Source of the DNA: the human T2T-CHM13v2.0 reference genome, Homo sapiens
Length of the DNA: 64,000 nucleotides
Direction: 5' to 3' (one strand)
Assembly: GCF_009914755.1 (NCBI RefSeq)
Contig: NC_060948.1
The translations under genes and the position numbers were made by a program. The notes below the pieces were generated by a model, which was given only the letters and a program-made list of their open reading frames with translations, searched no databases and was not told where the DNA came from. Below, one piece after another: positions 63,301 through 64,000 of the stretch (position 1 is the stretch's first letter; each line of letters begins with the position of its first letter).

Positions 63301-64000
63301 TCCGTTGTTGTTGTTTTTCCTTTAATTTGCTCAGGTTGAATACCTGCCTTCAGTAAAGCTGAAGACACTAGTTAGGGGAAACATCCTTGCGTCAGGTACA
63401 TTGGTACCCATTTTCATAACACGTTTAGGTAAAGGAGTCACAGCTACTTTATAGAAAGCCTGTTTAAACACTCAGGTTTCATAATCTTTACATTTTTTAT
63501 GTTCTGGTCTGAGGAATCTTTCTTTTCTACTCCCAGACCATTTTACCTTTTCTGGTAAAAAAGAATTTGGGTTTCCAGTAGGGGATCCAGCCAAGGGACA
63601 CAGGCTGTTTTGTCAATCTTTATCTTTATCTTTTTTTTATTTTTGAGACGCAGTCTCACTCTGCTGCCCAGAGTGGCAGGATCTTGGCTCACTGCAAGCT
63701 CTGCCTCCTGGGTTCACGCCATTCTCCGGCCTCAGCCTCCCAAGTAGCTGGGACAACAGGCGCCCGCCACCACGCCCGGCTAATTTTTTTGTATTTTTAG
63801 TAGAGACGAGGTTTCACCGTGTTAGCCAGGATGGTCTCGATCTCCTGACCTCGTGATCCACCCGCCTCGGCCTCCCAAAGTGCTGGGATTACAGGCGTGA
63901 GCCGCCGTGCCCGGCCCAATCTTTATCTTAATTGACTTAAGCATTGCTCCAGGCAGTGCCACCTTTTTCATTATGCTTTACCTTTTGATTTTTCTTAACT
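60348..64000 (-). mobile_element. MER4A-like 3' LTR (60348-60969) plus internal sequence, with Alus at 61220-61515 - and 63630-63916 -
   Basis: The minus strand of the LTR starts TGTAAACCAAAAATAAAATTCTAAGCCC and is preceded by polypurine tract GGGGGAGAA. The last AluY has TSD CAATCTTTATCTT. Confidence 0.8.

Overview
This is human Y-chromosome DNA, from the X-degenerate AZFa region of Yq11. Four features place it there: the DYS388 microsatellite (here (AAT)16), a DYS442-type compound STR, a decayed intron-containing MED14 pseudogene (MED14P1; six exon remnants on the minus strand, 9.3-26.3 kb), and a CpG-island promoter with two spliced exons that fit TTTY15, upstream of USP9Y (54.6-57.0 kb). 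Most of the window is repeats: about 45 Alus, four large L1s, and LTR12, MER4A, MST and other LTRs. There is no credible intact protein-coding gene; the long ORFs are L1- or Alu-derived. The most unusual feature is a very young AluY about 1.2 kb upstream of the promoter. Inside its target-site duplication (TSD) it carries an inverted copy of its own upstream flank, forming a 147-bp-arm palindrome that ends exactly at the L1-endonuclease nick. Repeat subfamily calls and most repeat boundaries were made by eye and are approximate. Gene and STR names rest on recalled reference sequences, not on a search.
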